The notes under the pieces were generated by a model. The model had not been told where the DNA came from and did not search any database. It saw nothing but the letters and a program-made list of their open reading frames with translations. A stretch of 62,787 nucleotides of DNA, the filler included, from Corallochytrium limacisporum Hawaii (taxonomy: Eukaryota > Protista > Pluriformea), in the NCBI GenBank assembly GCA_002811645.1. It is 4 parts of 4 records of this genome, joined end to end, with 100 filler letters (N's around TTAATTAATTAA, not from the genome) between each part and the next. Parts side by side here need not be neighbours in the genome. Positions count along the whole stretch, not along the records: positions 1 to 29,124 come from PDIP01000075.1; positions 29,225 to 38,582 come from PDIP01000082.1; 2 more parts are not named here. One strand, 5' to 3'. How positions within the stretch are numbered: the stretch's first letter is position 1; the number at the start of each line of letters is the position of its first letter. The position numbers were made by a program, and so were the translations under genes. Shown here one piece after another: positions 21,213 through 31,474 of the stretch.

Positions 21213-21363
21213 ACGGCTATCGTGTGCCCATAACAACTAAATTTTCTTTCATGCCCTCTTTTTGTTTATGTAGCAGACGCTTAGCTGCAGAGCCAGATCC
21301 ATTGATCACCCATTGTGCACATAGATTGCCTGAAATACTCAAGTAGCTGGCAAGTGTTAGGAG

Positions 21364-21388
21364 ACGGGTCTCAAACTCTGAGACCCGT
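21364..21388. promoter_or_regulatory. Perfect inverted repeat ACGGGTCTCA-N5-TGAGACCCGT in the MLH3/F-box divergent promoter
   Basis: 10-bp perfect arms read directly; about 150 bp upstream of the MLH3 ATG; related motifs at 38723-38741 and 41518-41538. Regulatory function is inferred. Confidence 0.55.
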
Positions 21389-21392
21389 ATAT

Positions 21393-21401
21393 GGCGCGAA
21401 A
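21393..21401 (-). promoter_or_regulatory. Candidate E2F site (TTTCGCGCC)
   Basis: GGCGCGAAA on + matches the E2F consensus TTTSSCGC upstream of a DNA-repair gene. TTTCGCGC also occurs elsewhere in the window, so specificity is limited. Confidence 0.35.
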
Positions 21402-22295
21402 ATTGCCGGCGTCCGCAGCCAATTGACTACTGGAATGAGTTAGGGGAAGTCACTGTGTGTGGTACCGACAGTACTGCCGAGCAGTGCGGACAGCCCGGGG
21501 TCTATTTTGTGGAGGCGATTACGAAAAAGTTCTGGCTGGCGGGTGAGCGTTTGATCCGGATTCACGGGCTCCGTCAAACAGAGTGACCCGGCCCAATCTA
21601 GGCCCGGCGGGAATACCCTGAGGAAGAATGACAGCGTGGCTTCGTAACCAAAACCATTACCCTTTGATGAGTACGGTGTTACCACTAATTCAATCGTCAT
21701 CTATGAATGTGCAGCTCTTTAGACATCCGAAATATGTCCTTTGACGAACTTTTTTGCATGTCCCTTGGATGCTTGAGCAAGCGGAGTGCAATTTGTGCAC
21801 AGCCTTCAGTTTTTGTGCGTACGCGCGCAGCCCGCGGCTCCCTCCCCTGCGGGGGGGCCGGGAGGGGAGGCCTAAGGCCGGGGTGTGCGGGAGGCCGGGG
21901 CAACCCCCTCTTGGGCTGCCCTCTGTTAGTGAAAGTACCGGAATTCGTTCCCCCCGGAAACGGTACGGACAGCCAGCGATGGGGAGGAGAAAAAAAAGGC
22001 GGGTCTCTGGCGTCATTTTCTTATTCGCGGTCGCAATATAGGCGGCCGCACACAGGCTGGGTATTGGTCACCGGGGACAGTCACAGAACACCTGGCCCTG
22101 TGCGAATTCTTTTCGATTTGCTTAAAGAAATGTGCAGGACACGTCCTAAGTATAAAACATACCAATAAAGCATTTGCTGATGCTATTTGCAGTGTACCAT
22201 TAGCACAAATACACGGCCGATTGGGCCAAGAATGATAGTTGAATGATAAATAACAGGAATCTGCGGAAAGCCCTGATCAGGAACCCCAAAGCAAC

Positions 22296-24287
22296 ATGGG
22301 AGATATAGACCACGGCATGGTGCCGGGAACGGTTCCGACGTTGTTGAAATTGGATGAGACCGATGGTCTACATGTCCCGGATGGCTCGATCGAACAGCTT
22401 GAATGTGACGTCGACATTGAGCACCGGTTGAGCATCAAACCGACAGACACTCGTGCAACTACGGCCTTCAAGGCCTTACCTGAGGAAATTATGGAGAAAA
22501 TCATTTATTTTTGCTTTCATGACCGGACATGTAAAGACAACCGGCCAATGACGGGAGTAGCCTACTCTGCGGCGGCAGAAACAGGGCCACAGTCGCGGCG
22601 AAAGATCACAATCACGCGACCGGAACATGTTGCTCAACTTCTACAACTCGCGGGGATTAGTCGACGGTGGCGAAGCTTGATTTTCATCATGCTGGACGGT
22701 ATCAATCTGCGGCGTACAGAAGGTCGCATGGGACCGGAGATGCTTCAGAGTATTCTCACAGCGATGGGCCGGAAGCCCTGGAAGGAATGTTTGCGATCCG
22801 TAACGCTAGCACACTGTCACGCGGTTGATGACTACGCGGTTATGCTCGTCGCCCGTCTGTCCGAGCTAAGGGAGGTAGACTTGTCTGGTAGTTATGCATT
22901 AACCGACGAGGCCTGCACGTACCTCACACGGCTGAAGAAACTGCAAAGCCTAGGCTTGAGCTGCTGCCGCCATCTCACTGACCGATCGCTTGATATCATC
23001 GCAAAGGGCTGCGGCCAGAGTCTGCGGAGGATAGACGTAAGCCGATGCATGGGCTTGACACCAGAGGGCATGATCAGCTTTGCAAAACAATGCCCGGATT
23101 TGGAGTCGGTGGATGTCGGCAACGTCTCTGGTATCGACGCGGAGACCCTGCCAGCGCTAGCGCAGGCATTGGGCCCGAAACTGCAGTCACTCGTGCTCGC
23201 AGGCAACCGGCGCATCAATGGGCACGCTTTAGCTACCATGGCCTCCCTCTGTCCACAGTTGGAGAGCTTGGATGTAACAGGTTGTGGCATGCTGACCGAC
23301 ATGGGCATCGTCAGTCTCGTGCAGAGCTGTCCAGGGCTACGCAGTTTGAATTTAAGTCTACTGGGACGCGTCTCCGATGGCGGGTGCGAGGCGATTGCCC
23401 TCCACTGCCGCAACTTGGAGGAATTGAATATCCGTGGGTGTGGGGGAATCACGATCAATGGCTTCCGCGCTCTGGTTCACTCCACGCACCTCGGCCATAC
23501 GCTGCGCAGGGTAGTGATCCAGGGCGGTGACTGTCTGAGTGATGAGCTGCTGGCAGCATTAGCGGAAAACTGGCACTTGCTCGAAAGTTTACGGATTGAG
23601 GACTGTACAAGGATCTCTGATGCTGGTTTGGCGTCCTTGTACCCGGTGCTGAGCCGCGGTCTCCTTACGCAGATAGTCCTCGATTCGGGTTTGGGAATTA
23701 CGGACGCAGGCATCTGCGCAATGCTTGGGGGTCGCAACACAGACTCTATGTCTTTATCAAGCAGTCCACCGTCGCATAGCGTATCATCGACGCTAACGCG
23801 GACACATAGCGAAGTGAGTGCTACAGACTCTGAAGATAATCTCCGCTTCAAACTCACCCGTCTCTCTCTGACGGCGATGCCGAATCTCAGTGACCGATCT
23901 GTACGCTTTATTGGCGAGCGCTGTCCAGATCTGCAGGTTTTGGCCCTGTCGTCATGTTGTGGTGTCAGCGATGCGAGTGGTGAGTACATCGCTTCCCTTG
24001 GACGGCTCCGGGTACTGTCATTGCGTGCATGCACACGCATCATAGGGAGTTTTGGCTACCTCTTACTGCGGTCTTGTCGATTCCTGGAGTACCTGGACGT
24101 TTCTCACTGTCCGTTCCTCACTAGCGAACTCACTATCAGCGCCGCCCAACTTCCACGCCTGCGCGCTTTGGAAATGGTTGGCTGTGGAGACGTGGATGCG
24201 GCTGTGGTCCACAGGTGTGCGGCCAAAGGTATTGAAGTTAACACTGGCCGATACGTATGGGTCCCGTTGCCTGGGTGGTCAATGTGA
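22296..24287 (+). CDS. F-box / leucine-rich repeat (FBXL-type, cysteine-containing LRR) protein
   Basis: F-box FKALPEEIMEKIIYF...LAGISRRWRSL followed by more than 12 LRR-CC repeats of the form L..L.L..C..lTD.g. Confidence 0.92.
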   Translation: MGDIDHGMVPGTVPTLLKLDETDGLHVPDGSIEQLECDVDIEHRLSIKPTDTRATTAFKALPEEIMEKIIYFCFHDRTCKDNRPMTGVAYSAAAETGPQSRRKITITRPEHVAQLLQLAGISRRWRSLIFIMLDGINLRRTEGRMGPEMLQSILTAMGRKPWKECLRSVTLAHCHAVDDYAVMLVARLSELREVDLSGSYALTDEACTYLTRLKKLQSLGLSCCRHLTDRSLDIIAKGCGQSLRRIDVSRCMGLTPEGMISFAKQCPDLESVDVGNVSGIDAETLPALAQALGPKLQSLVLAGNRRINGHALATMASLCPQLESLDVTGCGMLTDMGIVSLVQSCPGLRSLNLSLLGRVSDGGCEAIALHCRNLEELNIRGCGGITINGFRALVHSTHLGHTLRRVVIQGGDCLSDELLAALAENWHLLESLRIEDCTRISDAGLASLYPVLSRGLLTQIVLDSGLGITDAGICAMLGGRNTDSMSLSSSPPSHSVSSTLTRTHSEVSATDSEDNLRFKLTRLSLTAMPNLSDRSVRFIGERCPDLQVLALSSCCGVSDASGEYIASLGRLRVLSLRACTRIIGSFGYLLLRSCRFLEYLDVSHCPFLTSELTISAAQLPRLRALEMVGCGDVDAAVVHRCAAKGIEVNTGRYVWVPLPGWSM

Positions 24288-24415
24288 CTCGCTCTTGGGC
24301 TTTTCTACCCCTCGAAAGACCCTAATAGAGAAACAAAGGAACATCATGATCTTTAAATTGGTAGGAGTCCGTTGTAATAGATTTTATGCACGCCATGTTC
24401 TGCTTTTGCCTAAGG

Positions 24416-25939
24416 TCATCCAACGGTGGTCCATGCTCCACCCTCATCATCGTCATCGTCCGCGTGCTCCGTGACCTTGCCCTTCGCAGACAACCCGCCA
24501 TCCTTGTCTTCCACGACATCCAGCGCCGCCCTCGGCTGCATCATTTGCGTCGGCTGAAAAACCGCATCCGGATCGTGTTGGAGATAGCCAAACTCCCCGG
24601 TGTACGACACATGAGCACTGGCAGCATTCTCATCAATGCATACCGCAGAGCAAGACCAAACAGTAAACGTTCCGAGATCCAGATCGACTGTTGAGTTTAG
24701 CAACTCGGCGTCAGCATCCTCGTCCATGGATGACGTGCTCATCGTCAATTGCGGCACCAACGTGCTGAGTAACTGGAATTCGCAGGCTCTGGCTGCTCCA
24801 CACCGGTCACAGTTTGGCACTAAGTTCGAGCCAGAGCGTGGCATGGGGGTTGCAGTTTTGCTGGAGATGGATAGGGCAAACGCATCGCTCGAATCCAAGG
24901 GCCAGTCCGGACTATAGCGCAGAATCTGTTCCGGACTGCGGTTAAGGGTGCGCTGGTACTCGTAGAATTCGGGGTCCTCAGCCAACGCCTTTGGCAGACT
25001 AATTTCATACGACTCGCCTTGCCATTCTTCACTATTACCGTCCTTATTTTCTTTACTCCGCGCTTTAGCCTGGCCTTGAGCTTTTAGAGAAGTGTCTTGT
25101 GCCTGCGCCCCTGCTGCGTTCGAAGATGTTGCCGTGTTGCTGGCATGCTCGTCTTCCTCGTCATCATCATCATCGTCATCAATCATTCCGGTTGCTTTCG
25201 ACCGCCCCTCTTCGGGCTCCATATCAGTAGCCAGGTAGTAAGGATCAATAAGAAAGGCCACCGACGTGTCAATGGCCCGACAAGGTACTGCTTCCACTGT
25301 TTTCGTACTCGCTGCCTTTGGTTCTATTTTACCAGAGGACGGCTGCTGGCCCTGCTGCTCGTCTCGCTTCTGCAACGACGCCGCCAAATCGCTGAAATCA
25401 ATGCCTCCGCAAGATGGCTCTCCAAAATTATCGTTCTCACCACCTCCCATTCCCCAATCATCGTCTGCGTTGGGTACAGCAAAGGGATCTGTGGTTTGCT
25501 TTGGCTGTTCCTCATCAGTTGCATTGCTCATTTCTTCTGCATTCTCGTTTATCCGTGTCATGACACGTACTACGGCCCAAGCATTTTGGTGAATACTCGC
25601 ACAGTTTGCAGTCACGGACAGGGGGCTGCTCTCGCTGTTGCTAATGTCTGCTGATTCCTTTCCCTTTCTTGACTCTCTACCCTCGGTCTTTCTTTGAATA
25701 CAGGCAAAGACATAGACCGTGCGATCGAATCCCGTCCTACTATGCGGAGTGTACAGTTGGGTGACAAGAGCTAGCGGCCGGTTACAATTTCCACATTTCG
25801 GCCAGAAACTGTTGGGGATGCCTTCAGGAACAATGGGTCTACCACCAATCTTCGAAGTCCAATATCCTCCCTTCAGATCCTCCTTTTCCGATTGAATATA
25901 AGCATCTGGATATCCCAGTAGGCACGGAGGCCGTTTCAT
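24416..25939 (-). CDS. PDCD2L: PDCD2-like / TSR4 uS5 chaperone
   Basis: LLGYPD, SKIGGRP, CGNC..L.LVTQLYTP, DRTVYVFAC, acidic linker, E.YE, PEQILRY, VPNCDRCGAARACEFQL, GTFTVWSC..C. Probable start MKRPP at 25939; an in-frame upstream ATG exists at 26023. Confidence 0.9.
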   Translation of the reverse strand: MKRPPCLLGYPDAYIQSEKEDLKGGYWTSKIGGRPIVPEGIPNSFWPKCGNCNRPLALVTQLYTPHSRTGFDRTVYVFACIQRKTEGRESRKGKESADISNSESSPLSVTANCASIHQNAWAVVRVMTRINENAEEMSNATDEEQPKQTTDPFAVPNADDDWGMGGGENDNFGEPSCGGIDFSDLAASLQKRDEQQGQQPSSGKIEPKAASTKTVEAVPCRAIDTSVAFLIDPYYLATDMEPEEGRSKATGMIDDDDDDDEEDEHASNTATSSNAAGAQAQDTSLKAQGQAKARSKENKDGNSEEWQGESYEISLPKALAEDPEFYEYQRTLNRSPEQILRYSPDWPLDSSDAFALSISSKTATPMPRSGSNLVPNCDRCGAARACEFQLLSTLVPQLTMSTSSMDEDADAELLNSTVDLDLGTFTVWSCSAVCIDENAASAHVSYTGEFGYLQHDPDAVFQPTQMMQPRAALDVVEDKDGGLSAKGKVTEHADDDDDEGGAWTTVG

Positions 25940-26599
25940 GATAGTTTGTATTTCAAAATTCTTTAAAAGTCTTGTACAGCGTCGCGAGTGTGGGTAAACG
26001 GTAAGATGCACTGGACTACCCATTCTAAATAGAATTTCGCTGCTAGAAGTAGTCCATTATCACCTGTTCCACGCGGTACTCCACGTACTTCGCGCAGAGA
26101 CCCGCCCAGTGGTCTGAATCGCGCGCCCGTGGTCTTTCCCCACCCGCTGGAGGGCCGCCTCCCCCCCCTTTCTTCACAGCTGGGGGAAGCGAGCGGTACC
26201 GGAGGAGCCCGTTGATTCCAAACGCTGGAGGAGGCCGACATGGACCGTCAGGAGCAGGAGCGAGACGCAGCACGGCAGAGGGCTCAGGAACAGGAGGACG
26301 CCAAGAGAAACGGTCGACTTACCACGAGGTCTCCAAGCTGTCTGCAAGCAGTGGGTCATGACTAAGTCTACATCCAGGGAACACGTCTGGTGTTCGGATG
26401 GCAGGTACCAAGACCAAGGTGGACTCCAGCTCACCACTGGTTGGGAAACCTTGGCGATAGCCTCACCTCCCATTGCAGAAATACAGTTACGTACATTAAT
26501 CGTTCGTCGTCTCTGACCAGGTGTTGCTACAATACGACTCATTTCATAACTCATTTCATAAGTCATAGTCGGCTTTGTATTACTTGTGGACCACTGTGT

Positions 26600-27200
26600 T
26601 GGTCGTATTCTTTGTTTCCAGATGCTTAGTTGTGAGACCCGTAGTGACCCACTCGGTTTGGTGACAGAACGGGGATCTCGTAACTCTTGCATTCTTCACC
26701 GCTATGGACCAGGAGCGTGTCTTGGCTCGTCCTTAAGGGGCAACTGGCGGGGATAATTGCGGACTCTATGTGTGAATCTCTTTCTCAATCAGGTCACGTG
26801 AGGGTGGCCATGTTGCAGACAGGAGTACCAATCCTAAATCTTGCTTGTCATCCCCGCTCATGGTTACCTACGGTCCAGTGTATCCAAGGTGTTGGTTCTG
26901 TGGTGTAATCATCTTAGCCGATCATGTCCCGCCGTTGACAAGTAGTGTCATTGCTGCCATTTGCCGTAACATCTCATGGAACAGAAGCTGTACTGACGAC
27001 CTGCCTTTTGCACACCAATGGGAGCACAAAGCACCTCCTTCTCACAGCGTGTGCAGACATGAATTGGTGGAGACGTGCTCTTGTCACTGCCTGCACCACT
27101 GAACAGACCACCCACCGACTCCGCCGAGGTGGCCTGCGGCTTGCTGATGTCCGCAGCCGCGACTTGGCGACCCCTGTAGATGGCCTTGGGAGCCATGACA
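26600..27200 (+). mobile_element. Degenerate non-LTR (L1/Tx1-like) RT relic
   Basis: VTERGSRNSCIL/SPLW across a 1-nt frameshift (cf. RG.RQGC.LSPLLF), LAGIIADS (cf. GI...FADD), and RRGGLRLADVRSRDLA at 27122-27170 (cf. the post-RT GGLGL.D motif). Confidence 0.5.
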
Positions 27201-27806
27201 GGGGCGTTGGGAGTATGGATGCTCATGATGGTAAGTGCTTATGGAGATGTTGAGTTTCTGTGAATATTTTTGATAACTTAGATCATTTCAAGGATCTTAC
27301 TTCCCCAAAGCGTTCTAAGTGACGTCGTCAGTTCCGTCAACAAACTCAGTGACAATAGGTCCGAAGATGGTGTGGCAGGCACGGCAGTCAAAAAATGCGA
27401 AAGTTTCAGCCATAACTGGAAGTTGTAACCCAGTAAATCAAAAGGTTTCTATAACCCGAAATTTATGTGTAGAAGCCTGTAAAGTAAATCCCGAAGTCGA
27501 CACCAAACAGTGGATGTCAACTCTTAAATAGTGAATTGAAAATGGATTAGTAATACCGTGCCATTAATATCATATATGTAAATAGCCATACCGTTCAAGT
27601 ACCAGGGCGACAATGGTACCCATTCGAATGCATTTGCCTGCCTGTTTGGTTCAGGTCTCCATTCTACTTCCAGTGAAATTCATTGTCCGTCCCCTAAAAG
27701 CAACGTTGCACCAAAAAACAAAAGAGAGGCGGCCGTGGTGTAAACCGCCGCCCTCCGTGCAGGATTGGGGGACCACCCGCACTTCGGTGGAGAGTGTGTG
27801 CGTGTG

Positions 27807-27946
27807 CCTCTCTCTCTCTCTCTCTCTCTCTCCCTCTCTCTCTCNNNNNNNNNNNNNNNNNNNNNNNNNNNNNNNNNNNNNNNNNNNNNNNNNNNNNNNN
27901 NNNNNNNNNNNNNNNNNNNNNTGTGCCTCTCTCTCTCTCTCTCTCT

Positions 27947-27977
<31 letters not shown>
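27807..27977. repeat. (CT)n microsatellite spanning an N gap
   Basis: CT dinucleotide arrays on both sides of the gap 27845-27921. Confidence 0.9.
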
Positions 27978-27978
<1 letters not shown>

Positions 27979-28859
27979 GCGTGTGTGTGAGTCGTGGCTG
28001 CTCGGTCTGACCGCCAACTTCCCTCACTGGGGGGGGGGCCTCCTCTGTCCCACTGCGGGCCCCCATCCCCAGCCCTCGATTCTCCCTTATCAGGCCCGTC
28101 CCGACTTCGGAGAACAGCGCTAAACCCGCCAGAGGGAAAATCGGGGAAAGCGACAGGACCCGACAAGGGAGAAAAAACGAGAGAGAATAATGGTATAAAA
28201 TGTACGAATTTCAATGCCCCACGCTCGGCGGGCTGTTCAGGACCCATTTTGCTGAATGAGAAACCGACAAAGGACCGGAAAATTTAAACCAGAGACCGAG
28301 AGAGACCTCTCTCGCACCAAATTTTCACACTCAAAATGGCCCGCGCACAACTCTCGCTCCCAGACTTTTTCTATTTTTTTTCCCGTTTGGATGTGTGCGT
28401 GTCTGAGGCTCTTCTTCCCCTTTTCCCCGCCGGGGGGAGGGGGGGGGGACCGGGGGCTTCGGCCGAGTCACCGGTACGCAGCGGACGAAGACTTTCCTGT
28501 CAGTATTCTTACTATGAAAGCCGGATTTAACACGACCGACGGAACACACACACACAGAGGAAAACCTGAAAACGCTGCTGCTGTCGGAGAGAGAAGGTTT
28601 TGTCACCGGGCGGCCGGTTCAACCGTGCGGTGGTGGGTACAAGAGCGTTTCGAAAGAACAAAAAAAAATGAAAGAAGAAATAGTGTAAGAAAAGCAAATG
28701 GAAAATTAATTGAAACTGAAATCCCTTTGCCGAACGTGTGTCCCCAGCGAATCAAAGATAGAACCGGTGATGAACTAGACCGGTTATGAACTAGAACCTG
28801 GGGAGAGTTGAGGAAGGAGAGGAAAGGGGGACGGGGAGATACCTCTCACTTTCCTTCCA

Positions 28860-28931
28860 AGTACCAACCTCTGTTCAATAAAAAAGTGCAGAATTTCGAA
28901 AAACCGGTGTTCAACAAAAAATTGCACAATT
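28860..28931 (+). mobile_element. Putative Tc1/mariner-type terminal repeat (MITE/transposon end) with an internal direct repeat
   Basis: AGTACCAACCTCTGTTCAATAAAAAAGTGCA is identical (31 nt) to 52134-52164. It contains a candidate TA target site; an inner imperfect copy TGTTCAACAAAAAATTGCACAATT lies at 28908-28931; a scaffold join follows shortly. Confidence 0.55.
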
Positions 28932-29124
28932 CGTGATTGTTAGCCCAAGCGTGTAACGCCATCATATTTCGATATGTTAAGGAAAACAAATAAATCATAA
29001 ACCTTGAATATATTTGATTATATGATTCAAAATATAAATATCTCAGCCAAAATCAAGCCGTTTGACATGGTTTGTGCTGTCCGTTCGCGGCGGTTGGTGG
29101 CCTTCGAGATCACTTAATCTCTTT

Positions 29125-29224
29125 NNNNNNNNNNNNNNNNNNNNNNNNNNNNNNNNNNNNNNNNNNNNTTAATTAATTAANNNNNNNNNNNNNNNNNNNN
29201 NNNNNNNNNNNNNNNNNNNNNNNN
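29125..29224. other. Artificial 100-nt scaffold join (N44-TTAATTAATTAA-N44)
   Basis: Six-frame-stop 12-mer at 29169-29180 centred in Ns; the same construct occurs at 38583-38682 and 52207-52306. Confidence 0.95.
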
Positions 29225-29290
29225 ACCCTAGCCCTAGCACTAGCACTAGCACTATCCACTACCACTACCACTACCATTACCACTACCACT
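29225..29290 (+). repeat. Drifting hexamer array ACCCTA-GCCCTA-(GCACTA)3-(CCACTA)n, telomere-like at its start
   Basis: Read directly immediately after the join; about 11 units changing one base at a time. Confidence 0.8.
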
Positions 29291-29947
29291 GGACAGAGAC
29301 GTTGCAATCAGAATGCAATTGGGTGGGCAAGGAAATGTAGTCTTTAATGACGGAGCCGTTATAAGTCCAAATGAAACACTCTTTACGGAGCGTGGAAAAT
29401 TTGTTTCTGTACAGCCAGTGTAGAATCTCTCAGAATTCGCAGAAGGAGACCATATGCAATGCGAGGTTACAATGACCGCTTGTACTGAATACATTCGCTT
29501 GGGCCACACGTTCGCATAAGCAATACGTTCGCATGGGCCCTGTCCAGCAAACCTTCGACCATGTGCAGATGGCTATTGGCGGCCGCATTCCACATAGGAC
29601 TGTTGCAGCTGGGATTCATCAATGGATTTGAGAACAGTCACCGCGCGCCCATACCAAAAGGGTCGGTCACACCAAATTCAGGAGAAAGGTCCAGATCCCT
29701 GTTACGATGGGACGGATTGGATATTCAACTGGACACCATTGAGCAGATCACCAGGATGTGGACTGGCATTCAACCATCTTCCACGACTCGCCTTCTCCCA
29801 CGTCCGTATTCCCGGGGCGAGTTCGAAAGACTTATCGGGTTTGAATCTGAACAACGGATAAAAAGGTTGCCTTTCTTTTTTCGCTTTGAATATTTACTCT
29901 CATGCTGGCAAATAGTTCCAATATTCCCGCCGTTTCCAGTCCTTCAT

Positions 29948-31474
29948 TCACAAGAGGTGGACTATTAAGAGAGTGACAGCAACCGTAGTCATCGCGGGGA
30001 TCCCAGCAGCGCTTGCTGCCCCAGATCCTTGTGAGTCTGACTCAGTCTCAGTCAGCAGAGTTTCCTGTGTATCAGTCGTTGGGGACTCTTCAAGGGTTTC
30101 CGTCTCAGTGAATTGCTCACCTGGGCATACTGCAAATTCATCATCTGTGGCGTCCAGGGGCCGATTCGCTACCCAGTTTGTAGCCTGGGCCTTTTCAAAC
30201 GGACCCGTTGGCCCGAACGACTCTCCTGTATAGTCACTAAGAACTTCCTGCAACAATCCTTTCAAGGCAGGATTGCAGTTTTGCTTCCCTTCCAAGCCGA
30301 TGCAATCTCGAAGAGTTTCCCAGTTGTCATCAGTCGGGCAGTCGATTTGATTCGTAACGGTGTCATCATAGCAGGTGATGCTCGTAACTGCGGCATCAAA
30401 ACGGCCACCAAAGCTGTATCGCCATCCCCTCCAAAGCAGGGGATCTGTTGGGTCAAGTTGTTCGCCATCTGGGTTCGACAGGAAGATGACATTTTCCGGA
30501 GAGGGCCTAAACACGTCACCATCGGTGGTGCTGTAATCTGAGACAATTACATCTACTAAGGGGTAGGCGATGAAAGGGGGGATTACATGTATAGGCAGAA
30601 AATGATAATACTGGGCACCGGGTTCAAAATAGCTAGCATGGCCTCCCATGGCGACATAAATCGGGGTATGGAACTCCCCATTACTACCTTCAAAGCGACA
30701 GTCATCAGTTCGACAGTCCTTAAATTGTGTGTGGCCGTGCGCTACAGCGCTCACCCCCACAGGCCGCTCCCCTCCGCGACAGACAGCCACTTGCATGTAC
30801 TCAACGTCACCATGGTGGACACCCAATTGATCGATGCTGGCGTAAACCACTCTTTCTTCATCTCCATCGTCTGTAGCAGAATTGTAGACGATAGTCTGCC
30901 CTGTACGCGAGTTAAACTCGTAGAAATAGAAGTAGGCAAAAACCGTAAATCCATCCTCATCCTTGAACACAGTACCATAAATCGGCGCCTCGTCAGCACC
31001 ATCTCCAGACTCCTTCGGTTCTGATGTGTACCGGACCAACTGATAAGCATCAAACGAACCAGCGTATGGAAGATTGCTGATCCTCAATATTTCTTTCAAA
31101 GAGGCTTCCCATGGCTCCTCGTCACTGTCCTTCTCGTAAATTTTTGCCTCGTCTATGAAGTTGTTGATACTGGTGAGTTTGTGTCTCTCGTGAGCATGAT
31201 GATACAAAGTCGGAGCGTACATCCACAGTCTCTCTCGAGCTTCTTCTGGAGACATTGGTTCGTCACATTCAAACGGATCTACATCATCGTACAATAATCC
31301 CGATGGAATCCATCCGTAGCCCGCACCGCGGTCGTTTGGAGTGCATTGTGTAGCTCCGAAAAGGTTCAAGGGAGTTGATTGAGATGCTTGCATGATTTCA
31401 TGCGGACGTCCTTTACTACTGCAGATTTGCGCAAAGGAAATAAATGCTGTACCTTGTGTTAATTGGAGTAACAT
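29948..31474 (-). CDS. Vps62-like domain protein, probably secreted and GPI-anchored
   Basis: YAPTLYHHAHE, AYFYFYEFN, GVHHGDVEYMQV, AHG, PIYVAMGGHASY and GPTGP match the Vps62-related motif series. Cys-rich body, Thr/Glu-rich stalk, then SQGSGAASAAG plus a hydrophobic C-terminus (GPI signal pattern); the N-terminal signal is only weak. Confidence 0.78.
   Translation of the reverse strand: MLLQLTQGTAFISFAQICSSKGRPHEIMQASQSTPLNLFGATQCTPNDRGAGYGWIPSGLLYDDVDPFECDEPMSPEEARERLWMYAPTLYHHAHERHKLTSINNFIDEAKIYEKDSDEEPWEASLKEILRISNLPYAGSFDAYQLVRYTSEPKESGDGADEAPIYGTVFKDEDGFTVFAYFYFYEFNSRTGQTIVYNSATDDGDEERVVYASIDQLGVHHGDVEYMQVAVCRGGERPVGVSAVAHGHTQFKDCRTDDCRFEGSNGEFHTPIYVAMGGHASYFEPGAQYYHFLPIHVIPPFIAYPLVDVIVSDYSTTDGDVFRPSPENVIFLSNPDGEQLDPTDPLLWRGWRYSFGGRFDAAVTSITCYDDTVTNQIDCPTDDNWETLRDCIGLEGKQNCNPALKGLLQEVLSDYTGESFGPTGPFEKAQATNWVANRPLDATDDEFAVCPGEQFTETETLEESPTTDTQETLLTETESDSQGSGAASAAGIPAMTTVAVTLLIVHLL

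Noticed and set aside
27613-28247. ORFs with poly-ER or poly-SL tracts (also 44952-46438 and 47747-48032)
   Set aside because: Translations of CT microsatellites and N gaps.
29169-29180. TTAATTAATTAA palindrome repeated three times (also 38627 and 52251)
   Set aside because: Always centred in exactly 44+44 Ns; a six-frame-stop scaffolding linker, not biology. Synteny across these joins is unproven.
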